Part shown: in pieces, positions 17,982 through 27,825 of the stretch
How the letters are laid out: each line of letters begins with the position of its first letter
Position numbering within the stretch: the stretch's first letter is position 1
Source of the DNA: a phage
Sequence record: PZ445446.1
DNA: 64,000 nt
Direction: 5' to 3' (one strand)
Translations under genes and position numbers: made by a program
The notes under the pieces: model-generated
Seen by the model: the letters and a program-made list of their open reading frames with translations, nothing else
Database searches by the model: none
Told to the model about the DNA's origin: nothing

Positions 17982-18539
17982 GTCTGCTCTTCTCCTACCA
18001 TAAACGGCCCTACCTGGCAAGTGGAATAATTGACTAGCCATCAATCCCACATACTGTACAAATATACATGGAAAATAACTATTGCATAATTTTTCATTGT
18101 GTGGTAGCAAGTCCATTTTTACCCGTTTTCTCTCCCAAAAGTGCACGTAATGCCGCTATTGCACAAATTTTAACCTGATGCACATCTCCAATATCTTGTC
18201 AACAACTAAAAATCTTTATAAGTCATACACTTACACAGCATCGAAAGCGTGTTCTACGCGAAAAATCGAGTATAACTATAGCCGCCAGATCTCAGAATTC
18301 ACGTACGCACGCCATTCTATAGCCTGCAAAGTATTTATTCCAACCACAGAATAACGGAATAGTCAATACCTGCATAAAATAATTATTCGTGTAAACTGCA
18401 TAACATAAATCAGCTCAGGTGTCAACATTTTTCGTAAACAGTCCGAAATTATCACGATGAGCTATCATAAACAGAGAAATATTTAGTCGTCTAATGTTTA
18501 CTGTACATTACTATACTGACTGGAATCATTAGATGACTA

Positions 18540-19010
18540 AGAGAAAGATAAGAAATAATTAATAATGTAATTATTTTACCTGTAACAATAAGGCAACTAT
18601 GCAAACGAATGGCATGGCGCGACGGAGTCGCGACATAATATAAAAGCAGTAACCATCACCCCCGTGATAGTTTGTCTGCAAACTATTAATCAGATCATAG
18701 TTGCCTTGTATTTAGTTAATCATGACATAACAAGCAAGGCAACTATAGATCTTCTAATAGTTGCCCTGCTTTTATATTATGTCATAGGAACGCCCGAAGG
18801 GGTGACCTAGTCACCTGGTATAGCCAGCGAAAGATTATTAACTTGTCGATTGTTATCTTGTTAATTGTTTTCATGCAAACGAATGGCATGGCTTATCATC
18901 TATGCGTGAACAGTGAGGCATGCAATAGTAACAATTGTTATTGTATCCAGTGTGTTGAGTATGCCCAGTGTGTCACTATTATGTCATATTATGTCACAGT
19001 ATGTCAGACA
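18540..19010. repeat. iteron-like repeat cluster in non-coding convergence zone
   Basis: Direct and inverted copies of caaggcaactat / atagttgcc, two copies of atgcaaacgaatggcatggc (~18597 and ~18877), and a run of (t)atgtca(t/c/g) units at ~18975-19010. Confidence 0.5.
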
Positions 19011-20458
19011 AGTTTTCCTCCTCTTTGTCAAGTGCTGCATGAAAAATTTACAAGCTTGTATGGTAGCATTTTTGCGGCCCTGTTTACATTCAGTGTTGTA
19101 TGTATAATCCTTGTTGTGTGGGCGTTTAGACGTCTGGACGGTCAGAAGTTTGCAGGTCAATATCTAATCTATTGGCTGCTAACTATATCCCCCACAAATA
19201 ATAAGAAATATAATTGTTATGTGCGTAAACAGTAACCCATGTTATCAATCCCTGTATGTATCGCCAGTGGTGCGCATAATGGGTATTATGTTAAATTGCC
19301 CGTAATGATAACAGTTCTCACAATGATAGGTATTCTCATTCATCCACACAAAATAGGTTGCAAATGTTGTGCCACTGTGTGAACGGCCTGGCCTATTAAT
19401 TTCTCTCACTGCCTCGATATTTGAGAATTGTTATAAGAATGAGAAGTATTCCCATTCCGTCCGCCTGGCAGCACTCCAGTAGCTACCGGCTCCTGACAGG
19501 GCAGCACTCCTGTAGGTCAGGTCAAAATCGTGGTAGAATTGGGCCTGTTCAGATATTTCTGACTGACTCTTCAGATCTGTGTGGGAAAAGCCAACCTCTC
19601 CGGAGGGGCAGGGGAGGTCAATTAAAAAATTTACGTGGTGTATGAAGCGCTCTTCAGGTAAGGCATGTATTATGGGATGAAACCCTCTTCAGGCAATGAT
19701 ATTTGTGGGTGTGATATTTGCTGGAAAGCCAGATATGACGGGACTCCCGGCGGGGATGGGGTAGTACAGACAGGGAAAATATGGGGATGTAGTTGGGTAA
19801 ATTGATCAGACAGGTAGAGTATGGAATATGTTACAAGTATGTTAAATAGGGAGGATGAATATCTGCAGGATTTGTGTGTAAAATCAAAGACTTAAGTGGT
19901 GTTGTGGTATTTTCTATAAATAATTCAAGTTTAATAGGTAATATTTGTCTCTATCCACTTTGTGTGGTAAACAGATTCAGATGAAATTGGTTTACAAGTG
20001 TATACATAATATACAAATTAAAGATACAAGAAACCCCCCTCCCCCTTCGGCTACCATTCACCTTTTCCTCTGACTGGTACTTAAACACTTATTCAGACTC
20101 TTCAGGTTATCACCCATATATCATATGGCAGTGACTGGTGTCCTCCGGCCCCTCTTTCGTCACCCGTCCGCTTCGCCATGCTAATGCCATAGCCAATGGT
20201 TCGGTTGTTCACTCTGTTCACTCAGGTGTATCTCCATACCCCTTCAAACCGAAGAGAACAGAAAACCCGAATTACTCGGTAAAAGAAAAGAGAAGAACTT
20301 AATTTTATCAGGATAGGCAAGAATGTCAAGGCATGACTGCTCACTAAACAAGCAAACAGTCATGTGTGGAAGGTAAGTGATTGTGGTGGTGGGAAATTTA
20401 GTTGAAAGATGTGTTATAGGTGCGCTTCCAGCACTTTGGCCGGGCAGCTAATTGTGTG

Positions 20459-20674
20459 TCAGTCCAGCGGTTCATCCTCTACTTCACTGAAATCAATGTT
20501 CATGGTCTCCTCCCAACCATCGATCTCAGCACAAGAGTGGAGTTCTTTAGGGTTTACTCCCAAAGCCTCAGCAACAGAGTCTATATTTAACACCTCTGGC
20601 AGGTATGATTCATCGAATTCAAGGTAAATCAGGCCACGAGTGTTGTCAGCTCCACCAAATATCTCTATCTTCAT
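20459..20674 (-). CDS. hypothetical small acidic protein
   Basis: 71 aa ORF; distal gene of the leftward block. Confidence 0.4.
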   Translation of the reverse strand: MKIEIFGGADNTRGLIYLEFDESYLPEVLNIDSVAEALGVNPKELHSCAEIDGWEETMNIDFSEVEDEPLD

Positions 20675-20795
20675 GAAATCTCCTCTGGAAATGAGAGTGT
20701 GAACAGGGTTTTATACGTTCTAATGCACAGGAATTATACACGTTTGCCTCTTCAGGCCATGCTTTAGCATGAGGAACCTGTGTGGGCTCGGTGCT

Positions 20796-21008
20796 TCATA
20801 GTCTACCACCTCTGAACTCTTCGTGCTCAGGCATAATAGAGAACCAGATATCTACGATGTCCTCCCACGTCAGGTCATCAGCCTCAGGATCTGTCTGGGA
20901 CGAAGATGAAGAGTCCTCAGAATCTAAGTTTTCCTCTTTAACTGGCTCATCCAAGGGACATATGGTCACTCCTTCGGATGTCTCTTCAGATGCATGTGTG
21001 TTGATCAT
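20796..21008 (-). CDS. hypothetical small acidic protein
   Basis: 70 aa ORF, Ser/Asp/Glu rich. Confidence 0.35.
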   Translation of the reverse strand: MINTHASEETSEGVTICPLDEPVKEENLDSEDSSSSSQTDPEADDLTWEDIVDIWFSIMPEHEEFRGGRL

Positions 21009-21368
21009 GTTCCCCCCGTGAGTATTCCGGCAACAGCCGCTATGGAAGTAATGATCATCAGGATCACCACTAAAACTTCAGACAATGTTCTCATTGTATA
21101 TTCCATATTCTCCAAACTGTGTGTGGATACTATCACGGGAGCGGTAATGTGTCAACAGCAACGCCGCGAGGGTTTGGTTAAAATCCGAGCGTATGGTGAT
21201 TTGGGTCAAAACGGACGTGCGTTCTCGCTACGCTCGAAAGAGAGACTTGTTTGTAGAAAGCTCTTAAACGCTCTGTAACGAGATTATCTGTCCAAGGTAT
21301 GCAATCGTGCACCAGATAAAGAAAAGGACGCCACAGAGCGTCCTAGGTGTCTTAAATTTGATATTTTG

Positions 21369-21680
21369 CTATACCCATGAGGGCTTATCAAGGTTGGAGT
21401 AGCTGAAAGGTGTCAAAAGGTGACTGTCAAAATCCCTCAAACTATCCAAATCTTTTTCCTCGTCCTGACACCATCTGTGCCTACATTTATTGTTGTAGTG
21501 CATAGAATGCATAGCGTTCTGCAACTTAACAGGTACAAGTGATTCAGGAGTAGATAGTATTGTTGGGTATGCCAGAATCACCTCAAACAGTGGAAACACA
21601 TCGAAACTAAAGTCTATCTCTGCAGAGGTTGATGGCATATAGGAGTATTTAGCCGCCTTTGTAGACATAATCCACCTCAC
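21369..21680 (-). CDS. hypothetical protein
   Basis: 103 aa ORF; 4-nt overlap with upstream gene. Confidence 0.4.
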   Translation of the reverse strand: MRWIMSTKAAKYSYMPSTSAEIDFSFDVFPLFEVILAYPTILSTPESLVPVKLQNAMHSMHYNNKCRHRWCQDEEKDLDSLRDFDSHLLTPFSYSNLDKPSWV

Positions 21681-22003
21681 ACAGGTTTGATAATACCTTT
21701 ACCGAATAATTCTTCGTATCTAATCTTATCCGGATCCCACTCTTGGATAATTTCGAAGACAATATCCAACCCAGGGATAATCACTTCTCCAGTGTCAAGT
21801 TTGGCAAGAACAAAACCAGAAGGCTGAATGGTTTCCCAGTTGCGCCGATTGGAATAGAAGACCTCGAAAATATCGCCGACCTTTATCTGTTGATCAAGAT
21901 GTTCAAGATTCTCTTTCATATAGACGCAGCGGATTTTTCGTGCAGGCCAGAGACCACCTGCATCACGTTCATTTAGCTCTTTTACAGTAATCGGTATACC
22001 CAT
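21677..22003 (-). CDS. hypothetical protein
   Basis: 108 aa ORF; SD-like gaaggag upstream. Confidence 0.45.
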   Translation of the reverse strand: MGIPITVKELNERDAGGLWPARKIRCVYMKENLEHLDQQIKVGDIFEVFYSNRRNWETIQPSGFVLAKLDTGEVIIPGLDIVFEIIQEWDPDKIRYEELFGKGIIKPV

Positions 22004-22058
22004 CTCAAATCTCCTTCATAGATAGTAAAAAGAGGGGCCCAAGCCCCCCTCTTTGTCA

Positions 22059-22364
22059 TTATTCTACAGAGCGTTTGAACAGAATGTCTGCCTCAGACAT
22101 GTGCTCAACCTCTTCTTCGATTTTAGCGCGACGTTTTTCAGCCTCATAGCGAATATCGAACTCGGTAGCCACCAGAGATTTGATGAATTTAGGAGAATAC
22201 AGGTGATCCTGCTTCTCAACGAGAATGATATCCTTAATGGCATCTTTCAGATCTTTAATCTGAAGTTGGAGTTCTACCAGTTCTTCGATTGTTTTGCGAA
22301 GGCGATCACGCTCTGCAGTGTCAGAAGGAAGAGAGGTGAACAGTTCAACTTTAGATTTAGCCAT
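22059..22364 (-). CDS. hypothetical coiled-coil protein
   Basis: 101 aa ORF; charged heptad-like sequence. Confidence 0.45.
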   Translation of the reverse strand: MAKSKVELFTSLPSDTAERDRLRKTIEELVELQLQIKDLKDAIKDIILVEKQDHLYSPKFIKSLVATEFDIRYEAEKRRAKIEEEVEHMSEADILFKRSVE

Positions 22365-22392
22365 AGTAAGAGTCTCCTTATGTTGTTTTAAA

Positions 22393-22644
22393 TTAACGTT
22401 CTACAAAAATACCGTTCAGTTCAATAACCAGGAATTTCTGGTCTTCACTATCGTCTCGTGCCAGCACCTCACAGACGTATCGGTCATCCCCATCATCATC
22501 GCAGTCAAATACAAGACTGAGGACTTTATCATGGTAAACCTTCGCCACTACCGCCTCGTAAGTATTGCCGATTGTGAATCCAAGATAATCTCCGATGCAT
22601 TTGACAACAACATGGTCTCCAGCATTTAAGTCAATCTTCGTCAT
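22393..22644 (-). CDS. hypothetical protein
   Basis: Start moved to internal ATG at 22644, which has aaggagcgcagta SD; DDDGDD acidic stretch. Confidence 0.4.
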   Translation of the reverse strand: MTKIDLNAGDHVVVKCIGDYLGFTIGNTYEAVVAKVYHDKVLSLVFDCDDDGDDRYVCEVLARDDSEDQKFLVIELNGIFVER

Positions 22645-22799
22645 TACTGCGCTCCTTGGGTAATAATACTGTATGTAAAACTTTAACCAGAGATGTGAAT
22701 AACGCCCCAAAACACACCGATAGCGCTAAAACAGACAAGGCCATCATTAAAGCTTCAGTAAAATCAGTCATTCCTCACCTCTTGTTAGTCACTGTACTA

Positions 22800-23063
22800 T
22801 CATTTATCCTTGTCGTCAAGAACTTTTTTAAATCTTTCAGGGATATCTCCCGTTCTTAGATAGTTCATGACCTCGCAAGGTTCCCACTTGAATTTCTTAC
22901 AGAGCAGGGCGGCTGAGATTGTTTCATTGCGAAAAGAAAGGATATTAATATCCCACTCTGAGAACCCCAACTTCCGAAGGGTAGCTACAGAAATCCTCAC
23001 CGCAACCCAGCAGCAAAAACATGCAACAAACGCCACTGCTACAACCCACATCAGGATGTTCAT
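22800..23063 (-). CDS. putative membrane protein
   Basis: 87 aa; N-terminal hydrophobic helix. Confidence 0.4.
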   Translation of the reverse strand: MNILMWVVAVAFVACFCCWVAVRISVATLRKLGFSEWDINILSFRNETISAALLCKKFKWEPCEVMNYLRTGDIPERFKKVLDDKDK

Positions 23064-23152
23064 ATAAGCACCTTACTGAAATACAAGACACAGTGTTAAG
23101 GTTACTGACCAGCAAATAATTAACAGTGCCGTTGCAACCTTTGCAAGATTTA

Positions 23153-23440
23153 TCATAGTGCCTCTAAGATTTCATATCCTTCGGGTCGGAATACAAGCCA
23201 CTCCGTGGCTCCGTTTGGTCGATACGCTTTATACAGAACAACCTGGTCTCGGCACATGCACATGGCTACATAGTTTTCATCCACACCTGCAGCCTGCATT
23301 GCATCTTCTTCTCCGGCAACTGCTTTGCTTACAACTTCCTTGGTAGGCAGGTGTGCGATCAGCTCGTCACCATCATTAATTCCAAAATGGCTGAGTTCGC
23401 CGTTGGTATCTTTAATCTTAATCTTAACCAGATCTTTCAT
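23153..23440 (-). CDS. hypothetical protein
   Basis: 95 aa ORF; stop/start overlap with upstream gene. Confidence 0.45.
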   Translation of the reverse strand: MKDLVKIKIKDTNGELSHFGINDGDELIAHLPTKEVVSKAVAGEEDAMQAAGVDENYVAMCMCRDQVVLYKAYRPNGATEWLVFRPEGYEILEAL

Positions 23441-23769
23441 TAGTCTTCCCCCAGGTTCAAAGGTCCTAAGATTTCATATGCCAGATTAGAAGTTACAAGA
23501 GGGTCTTCTGCGTCTTTAGTATTATACCACCCGTGAATGACCAGAGTCCCACTTTGTTTCATGTCCAACTGGAACTCTTCTGCCGTTTCCTCATCCAGCT
23601 CCAAGATTTCCATAAGGTATTTGATGTTAGGGAGGTATGCAGCTGTTACAGTCCCCTCTACCAGACCTTCAGGCCAACCTACATCTGGATGACAAGTAGG
23701 AACCAGGTTGGTCAGCTTAATGGTGTACGCTTTTTCTGCACGAGCCTTCAGTAACGGGTCAATCTTCAT
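23440..23769 (-). CDS. hypothetical protein
   Basis: 109 aa ORF, translationally coupled. Confidence 0.45.
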   Translation of the reverse strand: MKIDPLLKARAEKAYTIKLTNLVPTCHPDVGWPEGLVEGTVTAAYLPNIKYLMEILELDEETAEEFQLDMKQSGTLVIHGWYNTKDAEDPLVTSNLAYEILGPLNLGED

Positions 23770-24119
23770 TATTCGTCCTCCTCTTCGGTACCTGCTTCCA
23801 GTAATAAGTTAAGAATATCTTCTGCACAAGGTTCATAGAACTCTTGGCCTTCATTATCGATGATTTTGTAGTCATCTCCACGAATAATCAGGGGATCACT
23901 ATCAAAATTATCGAGACCTTTAACAACGACAACACGATCGATTGCCATCATTGTAAGAACTTTATCGACATCTTCCTCTGCTACACCATACTGCAGCAGA
24001 ATGTCTTTGGTAGGAGGAACAGCATCCACCACAACGCCGTTACCAAAACCTTCTGGAAGTTTAGCTAAAATATCTTCCGGAACCACATTCACATCAAAAC
24101 CGGTAATTTCTACTTTCAT
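23769..24119 (-). CDS. hypothetical acidic protein
   Basis: 116 aa ORF beginning MKVEITG; acidic C-terminus. Confidence 0.45.
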   Translation of the reverse strand: MKVEITGFDVNVVPEDILAKLPEGFGNGVVVDAVPPTKDILLQYGVAEEDVDKVLTMMAIDRVVVVKGLDNFDSDPLIIRGDDYKIIDNEGQEFYEPCAEDILNLLLEAGTEEEDE

Positions 24120-24380
24120 TTACAGCACCTCTTCGTCAACTACTTCATAAAAATGGCCTGGGATTGCAATAGCGTTCTCACCTTCACCTACAAACACAGT
24201 TCCGTCAAGAATCAACATCATAAGAATTTCTGTAATATCCTCTTCCGGAACGTTGCCAAAACCTTTAATCAGCTCGTAGGTTGGAATATTTACCTCTAAG
24301 ATGTCACCATCTTTAGAACGGAAATCAACACCGTCCTGAATCTCTGCCGTTTCAAGGTTTTTCAATTTAATCTTCATCAA
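24120..24380 (-). CDS. hypothetical acidic protein
   Basis: 86 aa ORF beginning MMKIKLK; resembles 25544-25813 in start and C-terminal EVVDEE. Confidence 0.45.
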   Translation of the reverse strand: MMKIKLKNLETAEIQDGVDFRSKDGDILEVNIPTYELIKGFGNVPEEDITEILMMLILDGTVFVGEGENAIAIPGHFYEVVDEEVL

Positions 24381-24456
24381 TCGGTCCCCTGTCTTGTTAA
24401 GATGAAGGTATTATTTCACACAGGGTTGGCGTTGTCAACACCTGTGTGCAAGAAAA

Positions 24457-24852
24457 TTACTGAAACAGTGCGGATAAATTACCTTCTGGTGGGAACTTAT
24501 CTGCCAAAAACGGTGTTAGCACAGTAGCCTTCTGAAGATCTGGGGTCCACTCGTTGTTCAGAACATCCCAGTAGTACGCAATGTTGCTGTGTGGGTGCCG
24601 CATTACGAACTTTTTCCCTTCGTAGTCATCTGAAACCTCTACAGAAGAAATAACAACAGAATCTTCAAGGGTTTCTTCATAGAAAGATCCACCTTCAAAT
24701 TTCCAACGAGATGCAAGAGCCCCTGCCTTGAACGCTGCAGATAACGGACTGTCGGCAAGAACATACATTTCTTGCACTCTGTCGCTGCGATCTTTGCTTC
24801 TTACGTTGTATACAGTATCTGAGCTATACTCAACACGGTATAGGCTTACCAT
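24457..24852 (-). CDS. hypothetical protein (paralogue of 26659-27057)
   Basis: 131 aa; shares HP(H/D)S...YW...W(T)P motif with ORF 26659-27057. Confidence 0.45.
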   Translation of the reverse strand: MVSLYRVEYSSDTVYNVRSKDRSDRVQEMYVLADSPLSAAFKAGALASRWKFEGGSFYEETLEDSVVISSVEVSDDYEGKKFVMRHPHSNIAYYWDVLNNEWTPDLQKATVLTPFLADKFPPEGNLSALFQ

Positions 24853-25211
24853 TACCGCACCTCCTCAATAACTTCCACATCTGAACCTACCACAAATGCA
24901 AAAGGACAGGTTTCATGAAAGATATCCGGATCGCCGCCAAGCTTGCTAACAATTTCTCCACCACTAATAAACACAAGCTCACCGATATTCATCAGATTGC
25001 TGAAATAGTACCCATAATGATTAAAGAATGCAGCAGGGTCAGGTAGACTAGTAGCCTCAAGCACTACATCAGTTGAGGTTACTTTCTTATCATAACCTCT
25101 CGCCTTTTGAGATGCAAGATCTGCAGAATCCTCAGGCGACCGGAGATGCACAGGAATTGTTTCACCAATAAAGCGTACTTTCATATTATCACCCAACAAC
25201 CATAGCTTCAA
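24852..25211 (-). CDS. hypothetical protein
   Basis: 119 aa ORF; start may be the internal Met at MKVRF. Confidence 0.4.
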   Translation of the reverse strand: MKLWLLGDNMKVRFIGETIPVHLRSPEDSADLASQKARGYDKKVTSTDVVLEATSLPDPAAFFNHYGYYFSNLMNIGELVFISGGEIVSKLGGDPDIFHETCPFAFVVGSDVEVIEEVR

Positions 25212-25452
25212 AAGGGGTCATGAACGAATAAACGGCATCATCATCTGCTTCAGGGAATGCTCCCAAAGACTTCATGTCTGAGCCCTTGACAAATACAAGG
25301 TTTTGATCAAAAGCTTCTTGAGGATCAATCCGATACATATTTCGTAGAATATCGCCTACCTCCTCATCAAGAGGTGAGTATGCTGTGCACGTTTTTCCGA
25401 TCAAGCTTTGAGAATCAGGGTATCCACCTGAAGTTTTAAAATAAACAATCAT
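25189..25452 (-). CDS. hypothetical protein
   Basis: 87 aa ORF overlapping downstream gene. Confidence 0.4.
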   Translation of the reverse strand: MIVYFKTSGGYPDSQSLIGKTCTAYSPLDEEVGDILRNMYRIDPQEAFDQNLVFVKGSDMKSLGAFPEADDDAVYSFMTPFEAMVVG

Positions 25453-25543
25453 ATAGTATCACCTCTGGTAAGAGATTGGGATTCCTTTCCCACAAATAAT
25501 TACAAACCTTCCTTATCGAGGAAGTATGCTAATCCAAGCAAGA

Positions 25544-25813
25544 TTATTCCTCTACAATCTCATACACATCCGGAGTTACAATCAACTCTTCTCCGTTACC
25601 CGGTGCAACAAACACCACCATGCCTTCAGGTGTGTGCTTTTTAGCCATCTCGATAACATCTTCTCGCAGAGCTGGCTCCATCAGATCAAAACCTTCACCC
25701 AGGGCATCACGAACCACCTTCATATAGTCAACTGGTTGTGCTTCGACAATCATACCTTCAACCAGTCCACAGTTTTTGTCTGCCAGCTCAGTTTTGAATA
25801 ATTTAATTTTCAT
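25544..25813 (-). CDS. hypothetical acidic protein
   Basis: 89 aa ORF beginning MKIKLFK. Confidence 0.45.
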   Translation of the reverse strand: MKIKLFKTELADKNCGLVEGMIVEAQPVDYMKVVRDALGEGFDLMEPALREDVIEMAKKHTPEGMVVFVAPGNGEELIVTPDVYEIVEE

Positions 25814-25950
25814 TTAGAGGCCTCCTCAATTATTTGATATTAATAGCCGTAACCTAACACATTAACTACAACTGCGATTGCAAACATAATTTCAAAGCAT
25901 GCAATCTCTACATTTGGGACTAATTTCTTGATCACACCCATTGTAGCACC

Positions 25951-26268
25951 TCATTCTCTAAAGTCAATCTTTACTTTGCCTTTCCCCTTACCTTTCTTTC
26001 CACCGCATTTAGCCAGTTGACGTGCTGCAACATCTACCATACGGTCAGTTGCCTCGTAAGCATCACTGCCTTTAGCTTTGGCAATAACTTCTTTTCCAGA
26101 ATTGTCAAAAATGAACGCCATAACTTCCTGGTGATCATTTTCAACTTTTACACTCACACGTGCATAGTTGGCAGAGGGATGCAAACGCTCCAGCTTAGAC
26201 ATTTTGTGGGAAATGAAAGACACCATACCTTCAGTGATTTCTACGTTGCCAGTGATTTCAATTTGCAT
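25951..26268 (-). CDS. hpf: ribosome hibernation promoting factor / RaiA (YfiA) family homologue
   Basis: 105 aa; N-terminus MQIEITGNVEITEGM matches the HPF/YfiA start (MQLNITGNNVEITEAL in E. coli HPF); shared KLE, VKVE, G-D-Y-A-D and ARQL positions; lysine-rich tail; aagga SD. Confidence 0.65.
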   Translation of the reverse strand: MQIEITGNVEITEGMVSFISHKMSKLERLHPSANYARVSVKVENDHQEVMAFIFDNSGKEVIAKAKGSDAYEATDRMVDVAARQLAKCGGKKGKGKGKVKIDFRE

Positions 26269-26350
26269 AACGTGTTCCTTTTAAAGAAGAGGGAACCAAA
26301 CCCTCTTTGAAAACAATGATACTAAATCTGAAGCGTTGTGTCAACAGTTT

Positions 26351-26641
26351 TTACAGATTGTTGTCGATAGTTTTTAAAATATCCACAGCAAGATCTGCCA
26401 TTTTTCGAACATACTCTGCAAACTCAACAGGATCCTTGATCAAAGAATTCACAGGGTCGTACCCTAGAGCGTTCAAAATGGCTGCAGCATCTACAACCTT
26501 CTCATCATTTGCGAAGATCTCTCCATCAAACTTGTAGGTCCATTTTGAGTCAATCTTGGCAGGGAATGATTGGTCAACGCTTGTTACACCATCCTTTTTA
26601 AACGCTCCGGTGTTATCAGTGTCTAGAACTAAATCCATCAT
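26351..26641 (-). CDS. hypothetical protein
   Basis: 96 aa ORF. Confidence 0.45.
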   Translation of the reverse strand: MMDLVLDTDNTGAFKKDGVTSVDQSFPAKIDSKWTYKFDGEIFANDEKVVDAAAILNALGYDPVNSLIKDPVEFAEYVRKMADLAVDILKTIDNNL

Positions 26642-26658
26642 GTTAGTACCTCACCGTT

Positions 26659-27057
26659 TCAGTTTAGCTTTTCTTCAACAACCCCATAGCTCGGGACAGA
26701 GTCAAGAGCTTTCTGGTTTAAAAGTGGTGTAGCAGAATCTGCAAACGGTGTCCAAGTTTTTGTTCTGGCGTTCCAGTAATGCTTCACTCTGGAATCTGGA
26801 TGCACTATAACAAAAACTTTTTCACTTGTCAACACATTAATTTCTTCCACACCCCTGCTGATAATTTCTCCGTCATATCCCCCGGTCTGGTATCCTTCGT
26901 ACCAGGTTCTTGCATAGGCATAGCCAGCCTGCCAGCATGCAGCCTCCTCCGAGGTGGAGACTACGTAGAAGTCTTTCTCAAATTCTGGGATACGCCCTTG
27001 CTTTACGCTCCAAGCTCCGCGAATTTTCATTGTAACTTTGAATAGTTTATTTTTCAC
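26659..27057 (-). CDS. hypothetical protein (paralogue of 24457-24852)
   Basis: 132 aa; shared motif with ORF 24457-24852. Confidence 0.45.
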   Translation of the reverse strand: MKNKLFKVTMKIRGAWSVKQGRIPEFEKDFYVVSTSEEAACWQAGYAYARTWYEGYQTGGYDGEIISRGVEEINVLTSEKVFVIVHPDSRVKHYWNARTKTWTPFADSATPLLNQKALDSVPSYGVVEEKLN

Positions 27058-27069
27058 AACGGTTACCCA

Positions 27070-27324
27070 TCACAGTTCTACAATATCTGCATCTGACCCT
27101 GCCCCAAAGGCATAATAGGACTCTTCCCCGAAATAATATTCCGGTGCACCAGCAGCGATCAGGTCTGATCCCAAAATGAATACCACGTTGTGGCCTACAT
27201 AGCTGTGATTTTGCCGCACAGGATCATCCCACGGCAACCCTTCGAAGTATACCGCAGGGACGACCTTTCCTTTCAGGAAGGATTGCCCCAAGTAGACGTT
27301 AGAATCAAGAATTTTAACCTTCAT
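27070..27324 (-). CDS. hypothetical protein (DLIAAGA family)
   Basis: 84 aa beginning MKVKILDS; shares MKVK-LD and DLIAAGA motifs with 27314-27541 and 30955-31188. Confidence 0.45.
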   Translation of the reverse strand: MKVKILDSNVYLGQSFLKGKVVPAVYFEGLPWDDPVRQNHSYVGHNVVFILGSDLIAAGAPEYYFGEESYYAFGAGSDADIVEL

Positions 27325-27541
27325 GATCGTCCTCCACTATCTCTACATCCTCACCTAGGGCAAAGTTGTAGGTCCACTGACTGTCAAAGCATTCCTGAGA
27401 TGCACCAGCGGCAATAAGATCTGCCCCTTTTATTTTTAAAAGGTCAGGGTAATCTTCGTTAGGGACAGCAGTAAACACTTTCCCTACTAAAGGCTCCTGA
27501 CCAATATAGAAGCTTGAATCTAAAACTTTAACTTTCATCAA
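27314..27541 (-). CDS. hypothetical protein (DLIAAGA family)
   Basis: 75 aa paralogue of adjacent gene. Confidence 0.45.
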   Translation of the reverse strand: MMKVKVLDSSFYIGQEPLVGKVFTAVPNEDYPDLLKIKGADLIAAGASQECFDSQWTYNFALGEDVEIVEDDHEG

Positions 27542-27825
27542 CGGTCTCCATCAGGTGGTTGTGGGACGTAAACACTGTTACGAATATCGTCCGCAGTATA
27601 GTAATAAGTGTCTCCAACCCTATCTCTGGCTGCAATGTACTCTGCTATACCAATAAGTGCCATTGATTTGGTGGCGTATCTTCCCCACTCGTTAGCTCCC
27701 CAGTAGAATTTAGACCAGTAGGGAATAATACCGAACAAATATACCTTTTGACGAACTTCCCAGTAAGTGCCTTTTCCGACAAGTTTAAACTCTACTTCAC
27801 TACTGTTAATCTTTTTCATTATCAA
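27538..27825 (-). CDS. hypothetical protein
   Basis: 95 aa ORF, 4-nt overlaps on both sides. Confidence 0.45.
   Translation of the reverse strand: MIMKKINSSEVEFKLVGKGTYWEVRQKVYLFGIIPYWSKFYWGANEWGRYATKSMALIGIAEYIAARDRVGDTYYYTADDIRNSVYVPQPPDGDR

Noticed and set aside
17964-18146. 60-aa minus-strand ORF at the edge of the convergence zone
   Set aside because: Overlaps the plus-strand terminator hairpin, no SD, and lies beyond the end of the leftward gene block; likely spurious.
18843-19235. 130-aa Cys-rich ORF (and nested 18913-19107) in the non-coding convergence zone
   Set aside because: Composition is dominated by repeats of the underlying iteron-like DNA, with no SD and no promoter context; more likely translated repeat DNA than a gene.
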